Position numbers and translations under genes: made by a program. From positions 162,446 through 220,101 of the forward strand of contig NW_005434642.1 in NCBI RefSeq assembly GCF_000315625.1: 57,656 nucleotides of DNA, in the 5' to 3' direction. Positions 14,132-28,079 of this stretch are shown here, piece by piece (the stretch's first letter is position 1; each line of letters opens with the position of its first letter). The DNA comes from Guillardia theta CCMP2712. Taxonomy: Eukaryota; Protista; Cryptophyta. Below the pieces are notes generated by a model. It did not search any database. It was not told the DNA's origin and worked only from the letters and a program-made list of their open reading frames with translations.

Positions 14132-15344
14132 TAGGGCACAGGTGCCGGAAACTTTTGAGTAAAAGAAAAGCTATCCTCTTGATGAGGGGGGCCGGTGGTC
14201 ATCGGGGGTTGTTTTCTGTGGGGGGGTTGTTTTGAGAACTCACAAGGAAGAGTTTTATGAAAGGACTCGAAGAAGGCGGGAGAGAGGGGAGAAGAGGGGT
14301 CCTTGAGGGTACTGGGGTGGTATACCTCACAAACCCCAGCCGTTGGAGGTTGAGGGGGTTAATGTGACACGTGGGGGTGGCACGAGGATCGGTGGTCCTC
14401 GTGCGACCTTATCGTCGATGACTGGATGGAGTTTTAGGGGGTCAGGGGTGGGAGGGGTAGGGGTATTCTGAGAGTCGAGTGGTCGAGTCAGCATGCTTTA
14501 CTCCCAGGTACCCCACCCTACCCGAAGAAACGAAGGAGTCGTGTCTCCCTTACAAAAGGTGAGAAAAGCAGGGGTACCTGCAATAATTTGATAACATGAC
14601 TCAAACTCCAGGGACAAAACCCTTGGGGTTTGGCATTGAGGTCAATGATAGGAAATCGTCAAAGTCATCATGGCAGCCTAAAGAGGCCTTCTGAGACAAT
14701 ACAAGACTTTCGAAAATACTCCCTTTCGACTGGATTGTTTTTGGACCACCCCTACCCCTGGTGGGGGGGTCAGAGCAGATAGGAAATTTCAGGCAAGACC
14801 ACCGGTACCCAACCGCCTGCCCTATTTCCCTGTCCCTTCCAAAAGATCTGTGTCACTGGTGGTTGTTCATTGACTACCCCTACTAAGTTTCCCAGTACCC
14901 CGTTATTCCAACCAGACCAGTCGCTCCACCCCATCCATGCGGCATGAGGCATTACTGAAACCTATCCTCATGGGATAACGAAAATATGCCTTGAAAGATA
15001 TGAATAAGTTCCGGCATTCTGCATCGAGCTTGTCTGTTGACCGACGGCATTGCTACCAACATACCAATCACCCTCCCAAGACAGACATGACCCACCCACT
15101 GCCTCGACCTCCCTGCATTTACCAACCCCATACCTCGATTGGTTCTGTGGCACCCCTACCCCCTCTATCCCATTAGAATCACCCTCATGACAGAATGCGC
15201 CCGGGGTGTTCAGGGGAGGGGGATGAATTTTATAAAGCGATATTTGACTAAAGATTGGGAGACAGGGGTACCAACAAGTGAACACCCACCCCACCCTTGC
15301 TCCTGTATCAGTCTTGTCTCAGATCTGCCGCACGTCGCTCCGCG

Positions 15345-16180
15345 ATGGCTGGTAGGACGGGTCGGCCTCGCGGGATTCTCGACAATGAGAGCGTTAAGCT
15401 CATCTATGCCGAGAGAGTGGAGGAAAAGAGGAGGAAAACTGCTAGGAGCCTTGAGCTTGCACAGGAATATGGGGTTAGCGCAAAAGCGATTAGGGATATC
15501 TGGAATCGTCGAACGTGGTGGCATGCTACTCAGGTGCTGTGGACTCCAGAGGAAAGGAGGGAACACGAAAGCTCTTGGACAAGACGCTCAAAACCTGGAA
15601 GACCGCCTGGATCCAAAGATACAAAACCTAGAAAGTGTAAAAGAAGAACTTTGGAACAGCTTGCTTTAGCATCCGAGAGCTCAGGATCCGCATATCATGT
15701 AGGATCTTCACAGGCCGCTTGCGAGGGGCAGGATCACGAAGGCATGTCAAGATATAGGGATGAATACGATGACGACGAGTATGATGATGATGACGACGAC
15801 GAGGAGGAGGACGAATATGACGTGGACGAGGACGGGGACCAGGACGGGGATGGCAGGCGGGGGGACAGTGATAACGAGAAGGATATTGAATCTTTCGACA
15901 TGATAGAGGAAGCTGATACGCCTTCCTCTCAGTCGGACCCATCATCAGCTTTAAATCTTTTGGTATGTGACCGCTTTTATTATATCAAGTAACACTGCAT
16001 GTCCTGCAGGAATGCCAAGGATTCCCGATGGAGGGGGCTTGCCAAAGCTCGATAGACCTTGGATCCAGCAGCACGACTACCAGCAATTCTTCTACATTCA
16101 CAATTCATCGGGGAATATGTATGGCGCAAGAGGAATTATTGCAAGATGCATTGGAGTTCATGGAAAGGAGTATACGTTGA
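15345..16180 (+). CDS. HTH DNA-binding protein with AT-hook-like GRP motifs and an acidic tract
   Basis: SLELAQEYGVSAKAIRDIWNRRTW (helix-turn-helix pattern), TGRPRG and KPGRPPGSKDTKPRK, then a D/E-rich region. Probable intron 15963-16010 followed by a last exon ending in TGA at 16180. Confidence 0.75.
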
Positions 16181-16299
16181 AACACTTTTTTCTCGAACTT
16201 TACAGGTGTGATCTGTGATTGATTTTTCTTGTTGTATGGATGATCAAATATTCAGGCAGACAATGCGATCATGTCATCATACTCTCTGCTTGAGAGAGC

Positions 16300-17457
16300 G
16301 CTCAAATCAGCTTTCATGATATTGGAAGTCAGTGACCCATAAAAGGTTCTTTGTACCTCTATCCATGCCCTGTTTGAACATGTGAATGCCCAGGTACCAC
16401 AAGAGAAAGCTTCATCTTGCAGCTTATCTTGCTGTCACAATGGGTCGTTTGATGCCAATGCGGCCCACATTCACGACTGCAACATCCTGATGGTCTATTG
16501 ATTTTTTTTGGACGAAACCGTTTTCATCCTGATACTTTCTTCATGGCAGGAATACGATGAGATTTGCAGGATAACAGCATTCAAGATTTGCAAGAGTCAG
16601 CAATACGCGTTTCCTTCAAGCTGGCCCAATTTGTGGTACGCTGCGCACTATTGAATTGTGATTTCATCTCTTGTTTTGGTAGTGTCATTTATCTCCAACG
16701 TTCACGATCATCCCTAACCAGCCCTTTTTTTAGACTGAAGAGCTCTGAGTGAAGTGTCCCTCAGATCTGAGTGACACTTTGACAGCTTCTCCCACCAAGA
16801 GTGGATATGCCTCGTTGAGATAGCCGTGCTGGAAAACCTCGTAGAAGGAAACTCCCGGACAGTTTCTTTGAATGCTATCGTGTGTGTTTCCATGCCCTCA
16901 GTATATGTGCATTATGTATATGAGGCTCAACGGTGAAATATGTGCATTATTTGTATGAGGCTCAACGGTGAAAGACGCTGAGGTTGCTTTAGAAGTAGCC
17001 GATTGGTTTCTTCTAAAATTTATCATTTAGATTGCCTCTTCATCGATCCCTCGATTTCTGTGGAAATTGTGAATATGTCGGCAACTTGCGGAAGACTTCT
17101 GCACCTCTCTCAGTCGTGTTGCCAAGACACTCCTTGCTTACAAGAGGGCATACGAATTGAAGTGGATAGAGTCCATGAAACAAAACGGTTTAAACCTAAT
17201 GTTTCGTGATTGTGGACGTGCAAAACTTTCCGAATCCAAAGTATTTTGCCCAATCCACCAGGTATAGCAAATTGCTGGCAACTACTTGGTGTAAATCTTG
17301 GCTTTGAATCATTAGAGTGATAGGAAGGAGCAGGCCCATACAGACCCTTGAAATGTGCTCCAAGGTCCATACCGTGAAAAACAGCAAAGCAAACTCGAGT
17401 CAAATCAATAAAAATGTTCATTATGAGAACAAATCGTTGATCCCAAATCATCGTCAA
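16300..17457 (-). CDS. Putative multi-exon hypothetical gene (possibly degenerate)
   Basis: Exon-like peptides QDLHQVVASNLLYLVDWAKYFGFGK and VLFHGLYPLQFVCPLVSKECLG. I could not build a full model. Confidence 0.3.
16903..16972. repeat. 35-bp tandem duplication
   Basis: ATATGTGCATTAT(G/T)T(A/G)TATGAGGCTCAACGGTGAA x2. Confidence 0.85.
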
Positions 17458-18054
17458 ACCATCACACAGTCAACGATTGGCTTATCATAACGTCAACCCG
17501 CACCGCATGCGATCTGTGGGCGCCATGGGCAGCCCGCATCCCCACTCGTGCAGGGGCGTAACTCGGTTTTCCCTGGTTTTCCAAGTCGGGGGCTTCTTTC
17601 AACCTTCGATAAGCAAACTCGGTGGGTGGGGGTACTTGACAGGGGGATTAATGAGGGGAGGGTGATTGAGGAAAGATGGGTAGAGAGATATTCAGGTTGG
17701 GGTAGGGGTATCGATGACAAAGGGGGTAGGGTATAAACCAATGGGGTGGTGGAATTGAGGGGGTGGGTTCACCAAGAATGCTGGCGCAGCCTTGAAAGGG
17801 GAGGGAGGTGGGAGGTGGTAGGTGGGAGGTGGGAGGAGGGAAGAGGGAAGAGGGAAGAGGGAAGAGGGAAGAGGGAAGAGGGAAGAGGGAGGATAGGATT
17901 AAAGAAGGGAGGGATAAGGGAGAGAACATGACAGAGGCGAGGAGGAGAATCAGAAGGATGGGTGCGCTGAGATTCTAGTATGACGCGCTACTTGTGCTAA
18001 AGGTTTTCGAGGGCAGTATCCTGAGAACTCAAGTTGGAAGCGCCTGCAACCGTG

Positions 18055-18543
18055 ATGGTTGCACTGCAAGCATTGAGCTTGAGAACGTTGTCGAAGATTT
18101 CACCTGCTGGACAAGCGATTGTACCTCCTGCTAAGTTGCATTCCCGTTGGCTCTCCGAGGGCTCCTCCAGCGCGAGCAAGAAGAAGCAAGACGGTGAGTG
18201 AAATGCTGCTGGTCCACGTGTAGGGTTGCGCATATGGTCCAAACTCAATCTGACTTCATGCGGCCATGCAGCCGTCATCATGCGTTTACGCAGGAAAGAA
18301 GAAGAAACAAAGAAGTGAAGTGCAGATGCGTTCTTTTGTCCAGGCATTGACATGCGGTCAGGTACGGAGCACCGCTCGGCCAAGCCTTTATCATAGCCAT
18401 TGGAGGAATGACGGCCATTGGTTTAGGAATTTATGGTGCGCTGACTTGAATTTCGTTGTTCTGTCTTGATGCCTTCTGTTGCAGGCTGGACAGTGATGGA
18501 CCCCAGGATGGGAGGAATCAGCTCGAGGAGGACAGGCTTCTAA
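18055..18543 (+). CDS. Small single-TM protein with a mitochondrial-like presequence (not in the ORF track)
   Basis: MVALQALSLRTLSKISPAGQAIVPPAKLHSRWLS... then, via three GT-AG introns, ...KEEETKK|YGAPLGQAFIIAIGGMTAIGLGIY|GWTVMDPRMGGISSRRTGF*. Intron phases are consistent. Confidence 0.6.
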
Positions 18544-18715
18544 CAAAGGACCTTGTTGGTCATACGCTCTTATCCAATAATGAGTTTTCAGAATTTGCGA
18601 AGAACTCGTGTGAAGGTGAGCGATAGATTGAGATCTCCTTATCGCCCGTGGGCATGGAGATGCTTCGACCCCAATGAATCTCCTTAATTCCTCCACCTCG
18701 GGGCAGGGGAACGAT

Positions 18716-20976
18716 TTACTTCCTGCAGCAAAGGAGAATGTGCAAATCCATCACGTTCGTCCCTGTTAAGCCCGTTCGAAAGAGGCCTCCCTCCTGCAAA
18801 CTTGTCCTTAGACTCACCAGCAGGAGATTTCACTACCGACCTGCTCGAAGAAAGTGTAGGAGTCGAACGTTTCCAGTGCCTCCTGTTCACAGGAAGCGTC
18901 TCTTCACTCCTGCAGACATCTCCAACCGCAATCTTCGATCACCTTGTACGATAGACCGAGGGCCTGGGACCGCTGGATCGTGGAACCGTCGCAGAAAGCA
19001 CCAGCTAGTGGAGAAGGTGAGAAAGGGATGAAACTAGTGAATGAGCGACCTGCGTCTGTCGGGCCGTCCTGTCCGTCTGTGCCTGCAGAAAGGAGAGTCC
19101 AGCCTCCTTCTCCTTCTCATCCTTCAGGTTGAACAAACGTTGAAAGAGCAACTCATGCCACCTTGAAGCTCCGCCGCCACCATGAGCGCCATGTGCGAAC
19201 ATCTGGACAGGCGTGTGAGGGCAAGAGCGAGGCCAGAGGCGTCTTGACCTTCCTCCCCTGCCGATCTTTCTTGGTGTACCAGAGCCTTTCATGTCGATTG
19301 TCGTCTCACCGGCAAAGATAACGCACATCTTCTTCCCTTTCTTGTTCTCTTGCTCATGATCTAACTCGGCCAGTGCCTGTCGTTGAGAACCCTGACGTTA
19401 AAAACCCATGCCTGTCCTTTGCTTGTGAGGAAGGGTAACCTGCCTCGCTGTCTCCGCGATTCTGTGAGCTGCATGTGCCGTGTCTCCTCGTAGACAGAGC
19501 GTTTCGATTCGACCTTCAAATCCCTTCTCACAAAGAAACCTCTGCATCCTTGTCTTAGCGCCTGTCATCCTTTCCTCCTCTCCTCACCAGCGCTGCCTCA
19601 GCTGCCATCCTGTTGTTTCCTATCACAAAGTTCTTACTGCGAGAGAGCCTGGCGTCGCCCTCTTTCAGCGTTTCGTCTGCTCCACTGCATCCGCATCAAA
19701 CGCTTGCGGTCAAGATAGTTCTTAGAGACTTCAGCTCACCTCGCTGCTCCAGCACGGAGATACTCAATGACAGACTGAGGAACCAAAGCAGCCAGTCCCC
19801 GCGACTTGACAACGTCATGAGAAGATCGTCAACGAGTCTAAGTGAGTGCACGCACTTCAATCAGGTTGAGGGCATCCGCAAACGTCGAAGGGTCGAACGT
19901 GGTGGGGCCTGACGCGATGACATCGATAGGGTCGTCCAACACGTCGGAGAGGATCAAGGAAACAACCTGGTTTTTAAGAAAATTTCATCCACAGGGAGGA
20001 AAGAGGGGGAAAGGGAAATTTCCTACGTTGGCAGGGTATGCCGCTGCGGCCAGCTTCCCTCCCTTGACGGCGGAGATGTGCTTGCGGACCTGGAGGTTCA
20101 AGTCTTACAGCAAAAGCGACACATCCTCGTCCTACAGTGTTGAGCTCATTGATAGATGCTCCAGCTGTAGCGAGGGCCTGACGAACTCTCGTCAGCATCC
20201 CCGTCCTGTCCGTGGTTGCACGATGCTAATTCCTCCTCACCTTGGTCGTGGAAACCTTATCCTCCAAGGAGATGGAGCCGACGGGTACAGGAAGAAGCGC
20301 AGACCCTCCTCCTGATATCAGGACTAGCAGAATGTCCCCGTCTCCGCACTGCCGAGCCATGTTCAGGGCCCTGCGAGCCGTTCACAGTCAGTCCAGCAGC
20401 TTCGCATGTTCAGGCTGCTCTGACTTTGTCGCTGCCTGCACTGCTCGTGCATCTGGGATGTTCCCCCTCGACCCCAAGTGAACCTGGGCAAGCATGAGAT
20501 GAGAAGAAACTCGTTTGAGGGTCCTCCTACTTCACTCCTCAGCCCCGTTGCATCAGACTCGGGCTGAGATATCACTATCCCACTTCTCAGCTGGTCCCCG
20601 AGAACGCTCTCTGCCGCTCTTGCCATCTTGACACTGGCCTGCGCAAGGCAATGAGGATGACTGGCATCACTGCGGTTGCTGATGCTGCTGCCTTGCCGAA
20701 GGATAGCAGGTTGACGCCTCTTGTCACTGCCAGCTCAACATCCTTGACCTGCAGCTGTGTAGCCGAGCCGTGCTTGACGTTGAGAGCATCTTGCGAGAGC
20801 TGTAAGGAAGAGGAGGAGAATGATGCACAAGGAGGAACCTCTAACGAGACGATCTGGGCAGACAGCCGAGACAGCGAGGCTGAACGCCTGCTGAGCATGG
20901 ACCCTTGGATCCTGCAGAAGAGCAGCTAAGGAGGACGAGTAGGGAGGGTGTGGGGTACCGCGGCGATCGAGGACAT
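18716..20976 (-). CDS. GLYCTK: Glycerate kinase, GLYCTK/GckA/TtuD type (DUF4147 + MOFRL)
   Basis: Spliced motifs LLSFGK|ASVKMARAAE, DILLVLISGGGSALL, GASINELNT|VRKHISAVKGG, LILSDVLDDPIDVIASG, VIGNN, FAGETT, GRGGR|CSH, SAGTDGQDGPTDA, TGLTGTNVMDL. The start may lie further upstream (to about 21350). Confidence 0.9.
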
Positions 20977-21820
20977 GAAGAGGAGGAGGGAGAAGCAAAT
21001 CAGGGGAGGAATCTTGACTTGTTATTGCAGTTTCATCCTCAAACACGTCTCCTCTTCTCTCCCCCTCCTCGCTCCTCTTCTACCTCCCTTGCGTTTCCCC
21101 ACCCTGATCGTCCTCCTCCGTCCTCCTGTTCTTTCACTCCTCTGTGATAAGATGATGTTGAGCTTGCTCACTCTGCACCCGAATTTCTTCGTCTGATCCC
21201 CAGCCTGATAAACGACGTCACTCCTTCCTCTCCCTCTCCTCCCTCCTCTCCCTCTCCTCCCTCCTCCCCCTTGTCCTCCCTTGCTCTCCCTTGCTCCCCC
21301 TCCTCCCCCTCCTTCCCCTCCTCCCCCTTCGTTCATAAGCATCACATCATTGTCTCATATCTCCTTCCTTCCGATCTCCTTCCCCCCCCCCTCCTGTTCT
21401 CCCGGTCCCCTTCATTCCTTTTCCCTACACCCTTTTCCTGCTAGCCTCTGAAAAAGCCTCTGGAGCCCTCCCCTCCACTTCCTCGCCCCTCCCCTTCCCG
21501 CTCTCCCTCCCTACTGCTGCTCCTCCCTCCCCTTCCTCCTCTCCCTCCCTGCTGCTGCTCCTCCCTCCCCTTCCCGCTCTCCCTGCTCCTCCTCCTCCTC
21601 CCTCCCCTTCCCGCTCTCCCTCCCTGCTGCTGCTCCTCCTCGCTCTTCATCACGCATATTCTCCTCTCATTGACTGTCATCTTCATCTGCTGCTGCATCC
21701 CCCGCTATCCTCACGTCCCCGTCCCCCCTCCACACCCCCTTCCGCGTCCTCTCCCCTGCTTCCTCTGCTCTTCCTGCCCTGCCCTGCCCTGCCTTCTTGA
21801 TCTCACGCTCCTGACAGATC

Positions 21821-24079
<2,259 letters not shown>

Positions 24080-24254
24080 GAGCGGGGTAAGGGGAGGTAG
24101 GAGCAGGGTAAGGGGAGGGTTACGAGTGGGGGAGGGGCTGAAGGTGAGGAGGAGCGACAGGAGGTGGAGAGGATGGAAGAACCATCTCATGAAAACAATT
24201 CTATCAAACAAAGTTACAACCTTGACAACATCATCTCTTTAGCTCATATGCATA

Positions 24255-27200
24255 TCATTCCCAATCATTGAGTTCCTCAACTTCACTCGTTGACACGTCC
24301 TCCTGGTCGTCTACAGCTTCCATCAAATCCTCGTTTTGCATGTCCTCCCTGCCATCCTTCGTCAGGAAGGGATAAGGAGGGAGACTGAGCCAGAGTGAAG
24401 AGCAGGGGAAGAGAAGCAGCGGCAGTGTAGCACAGGGGGGAGAGCAAAGGTAGGTAAACAATGCAGGGAGATTGAGAGAAGAAGAAACAGAGGGGTGGAG
24501 GCGATGAGCAGAGAGCGAGGAGAGCGAGGAGAGAAGTAGCAGAGGGAGACAAGGGAAGTGGAGGTGCAGCAGCAGAACAAGGTCATGCACGACTTTCTCT
24601 GCTTCTCCAGCTGCTTGTAAGACCATGTCATCTCCACAGGCCGCAACCTGTCAACACAGTCAGCTCCTCCACATGCGCCATTCCTCTCCCCCTCATGTTC
24701 CCCAGACCTCCTCCCCTCCCACCTCCCCTTCATCCTCGCCTTCCTCCTCCTCTACCCCCTGACTCTCTCCTCCTCGTCATTCGTTATCTCCTCTCGCTCC
24801 TCTCCTCCCCACATCGTCTACCTCTCGTCATGGTAGGAAGTGCATTGTCTGACTGCTTCCCTCACGGCCTTGGGGGCACCCGGCTCGGGCTCGAAGCTGC
24901 GTGCTCCTCGTCACACGCAGGAGATTCTAAGCGAGAGGAGGGGAGAGGTAAGAGGAGGGGAGGAGAGGGGAGGGGAGAGAGAGATTCTATCAATGGAGAG
25001 GAGAGGAGGGGAGGGGTGAAAGGAGGAAAGAAAGGAGGGAGAACAAGCAGGGAAGGGAGGGAATGGGAGGAGCGAGTACAAGTCAGAGCAGGAGTTGTCT
25101 TCATCTTCATCAATTGCTTCCATCATGCCCTGGCGCAAAAGAAGTGACGAAGGAGAAAGTGAAGGTAACTCGGCATGCTCTTTCACCTGCTTCACTGTTA
25201 GCCCGTTCTCCAGCAGCTCGTCCAACTGATCGTCGTTCATGCACAGGTTATGTATCCTCCTCTGCAGCAACGTTGCAATTAGGAAGGTACCAGTAAGGTG
25301 CAAGGAGGGGCAGGCCAGGCAGCTCAAGTAGACGGGGGCGAACAAGGAGGAAGCGAATCGGAGCACTGCAAGGAAGAGGAGGAAGGGAAAGGAGGAAGGG
25401 ATGACCCCGTGAGGTATGAAGGAGAGAAGGAGGGGATAGAACAATAGACATCAGGTGGACCTTGAGTCTTGCGCATTTCGACTTGAGAACCTTATGGAAG
25501 ATATTCTCCCCATTCCTGACGCAAAGTCTCAGCGAGGAGGAGGAGGAGGAGGATATATCAACATCGAGCACTGCCGCCAGTTCGCTCCAAGGTGCATCAG
25601 CATGCGGGTAGCTGCGAACCTTGCGGCAAAGCTCCCGTCAGAGGTGAGGAGGCATCAGACCTCGCAAGCTTCACTTGGCGTAACGCACGGCTACAAGGAG
25701 GGGAGTGTTCCTGTCGCGGTTCTCTGCCTCTATGGAGGCTCCCCTGTGCACGAGCTGGTCCGAGAGCATCAGGAGAAAGATCTCATACAGCACGAGGGGG
25801 TCAGACCATCCGAATGATGTGATCGTGCCCTCGGAAAGCAGCATGGTGGAGGGGAGTCCAGAGGTATCCGTCAGGAACGTTGATCTGTCCTCCTGCCCTG
25901 TGCTGGCTGTCAGCCTGTGGAGGGAGCGATAGGAGGGGCCTTACTTGAGGACTTCGAGGACTTGTTGGACGTGGTCTTTCGGGCACTAGTGAATGTGTCA
26001 GAGACTCAGGAGCGAGACGGTCAGGGCAGACCATGGCATCTTCTCGAGGGTAGCGACAGAGCTCGATCAGCTCCGAGTTGAGCAGCTCCTGCAATGCGAG
26101 AAACCGGTCAGGTGGAGGATGTGAGACAGGAGAGGGGGAGGAAGAGGAGAGGAGCAGAGGGGTTTGGAGGGGATCAGAGGCCGACTAGCAATAGCGTGAC
26201 AAAACAAGGAAACGGGACAGGATTGAAAGCAGGGGAGGAAGAGAGGAAGGGGGGAGGAGGGGGAGAGGAGGTGTGACCTGGTCGCCCTCCGACACGTTTG
26301 CGTTGACTATGTCAGGCTCCTGCATTCCGCATCAAACATGTCAGGAGAGGATGATGGAACCGCTGTAAGCTCCGAAGAGAAAAAGTAGCCATGAGGGTCC
26401 AAATCCTGCAACAAGCTCCCATCACAATCATCGCAACAGTCAGGTGGCGGGGCAAGACATCGCTGTGAGTTTTGCTGTCCAAGTCGGTGGAAGACAGTTC
26501 GGAGTGGACGTCCCACGGCTTTTTGTTGTCGAGTTCACCGAACTCCTCCATGAAGTCCATAGGCAGCCTGCTACGAAATCTCTTGTACAAGTCGATCTCG
26601 TCGCTCAGATAACTGGATTCCTCCGTGCTGGAGCTGCACAGACGTCAGAGATTTTTCTCTCCCCCTACACTAGCGTGCAACCTGGTTGTAGATTTCGAGC
26701 TGTCCTTGAGGAGCTGCGGAGCGATCTCAATATTGTCGTCCTGCATGATTTCCTCTCGGATAGCGTCCACTTCGGCCTCCTGCTCCTTGTCCGCGTACTT
26801 GGGGGCTATGCTTCTCATCGCTTCGTCCTCCCTCCTCTCCGCTTCCCTGAACAGACCAGCGAGCGTTTCAGAGTCCACCGATGACGACTCGCTGCTGGTG
26901 CTGTAGTCGGCCGATATTCGGCACTTCTCAGCCATCTGGTCTATGACGTAGTTTGGCTCATCCATCCTTGAATAGTTGAAGATCGTTGCCTTCTGGACGT
27001 GCCGAGGATTCTTCGACGACCTGTCCGGCCACAATCCCATGTAGCACTCGAACAGGTTGAACAACCCTTTGGAGGCCTTCTCAGGCGTGAACTGGCCGTC
27101 ATCGTCTTCATCGATAATCCTCGGCATCCGCTCTAGGTTGTACTGCAAGTTCTCCTGCTCTATCTCATCCCAGACCTTGTCGAATGCTTCCGAGTACTCC

Positions 27201-27442
27201 TTCTCCGTCAAGTTGTAAAGCTCGCAGATGGTCTTCCCTTCCCCATCCCCATCCCCTACTATTATCACTTCCTCTTTCCCTCCACTCTCCCCTTGACCCC
27301 CAGTGAGCCGCACTACTCCCAGGAAGCGACTTGGAGTATTTTTCAGCGATAGCCCCCAAGAACAATCCACTGGGGAAGCAGAACGGTCTGCTATCATGCT
27401 TGCTGCTACCAACATGCTCACGAGCAATCGGTAGAAGGTCAT
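24255..27442 (-). CDS. Multi-exon acidic ankyrin-repeat protein with an N-terminal signal peptide
   Basis: MTFYRLLVSMLVAASMIA start; ankyrin motifs QINVPDGYLWTPLHHAAFRGHDHIIRM and LVHRGASIEAENRDRNTPLLVAVRYA; acidic C-terminus ...LNDWE*. Confidence 0.7.
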
Positions 27443-27703
27443 GACCTTGAGTCCATCAAGAGAAGCCTCGCCCGTTTGCTCGCTCACCCTTGGGATCGGG
27501 CTACGATACTGATCCGACTGCTCACCTGTCAAGACATAGAGATCAAACAGGGGACAAGCGAGCAAGATTGTAACAGTATGAAGCACATAGAACCAGGCGA
27601 AACATTGACAACTCTGATAAAAGTGCTGTTGCCCATCTTCAGCAACCCCTTCCCCTCCTTCCCCTCCTCCTCTCCCTTAAAGCCTCCCACACACACATCC
27701 CCT

Positions 27704-27758
<55 letters not shown>
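27704..27758. repeat. (CTCCTG)n microsatellite
   Basis: Seen directly; the same unit occurs at 51693-51776. Confidence 0.9.
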
Positions 27759-28079
27759 TCTACTCTTGCTCCTCTTGCTCTTTCTACTTCTCCTGCACCT
27801 CCTGCTCTCATTATCCTGCTAGTCCCGCTCCTGCACCTCCTCCTCCCTAGCACCTCACGGCATTGCGGCTCCTCCAGCATGTTGATCCCGACTACCCCGT
27901 TGTCCCTATACCCCCCACCCTCAATTTTATCACCCTACCCCACTCTTATATTGAAACTTCAACGAGATTTTCAATCAAAGTACCCCACTTGAAAAGTGAG
28001 TACCCGTGATGTCAAATTGCACCCACCCCCAACTCATCCCCCGCCTATCACTACACTTGTTTTACTGCGAACGGGGGCC

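Noticed and set aside
16300-17457. Glycosyltransferase-92-like assignment for LLYLVDWAKYFGFGK
   Set aside because: Resemblance too weak, and no DxD-containing exon could be placed; left as hypothetical.
17997-18383. 128-aa minus-strand ORF
   Set aside because: No recognisable motifs; the plus strand gives a better spliced model.
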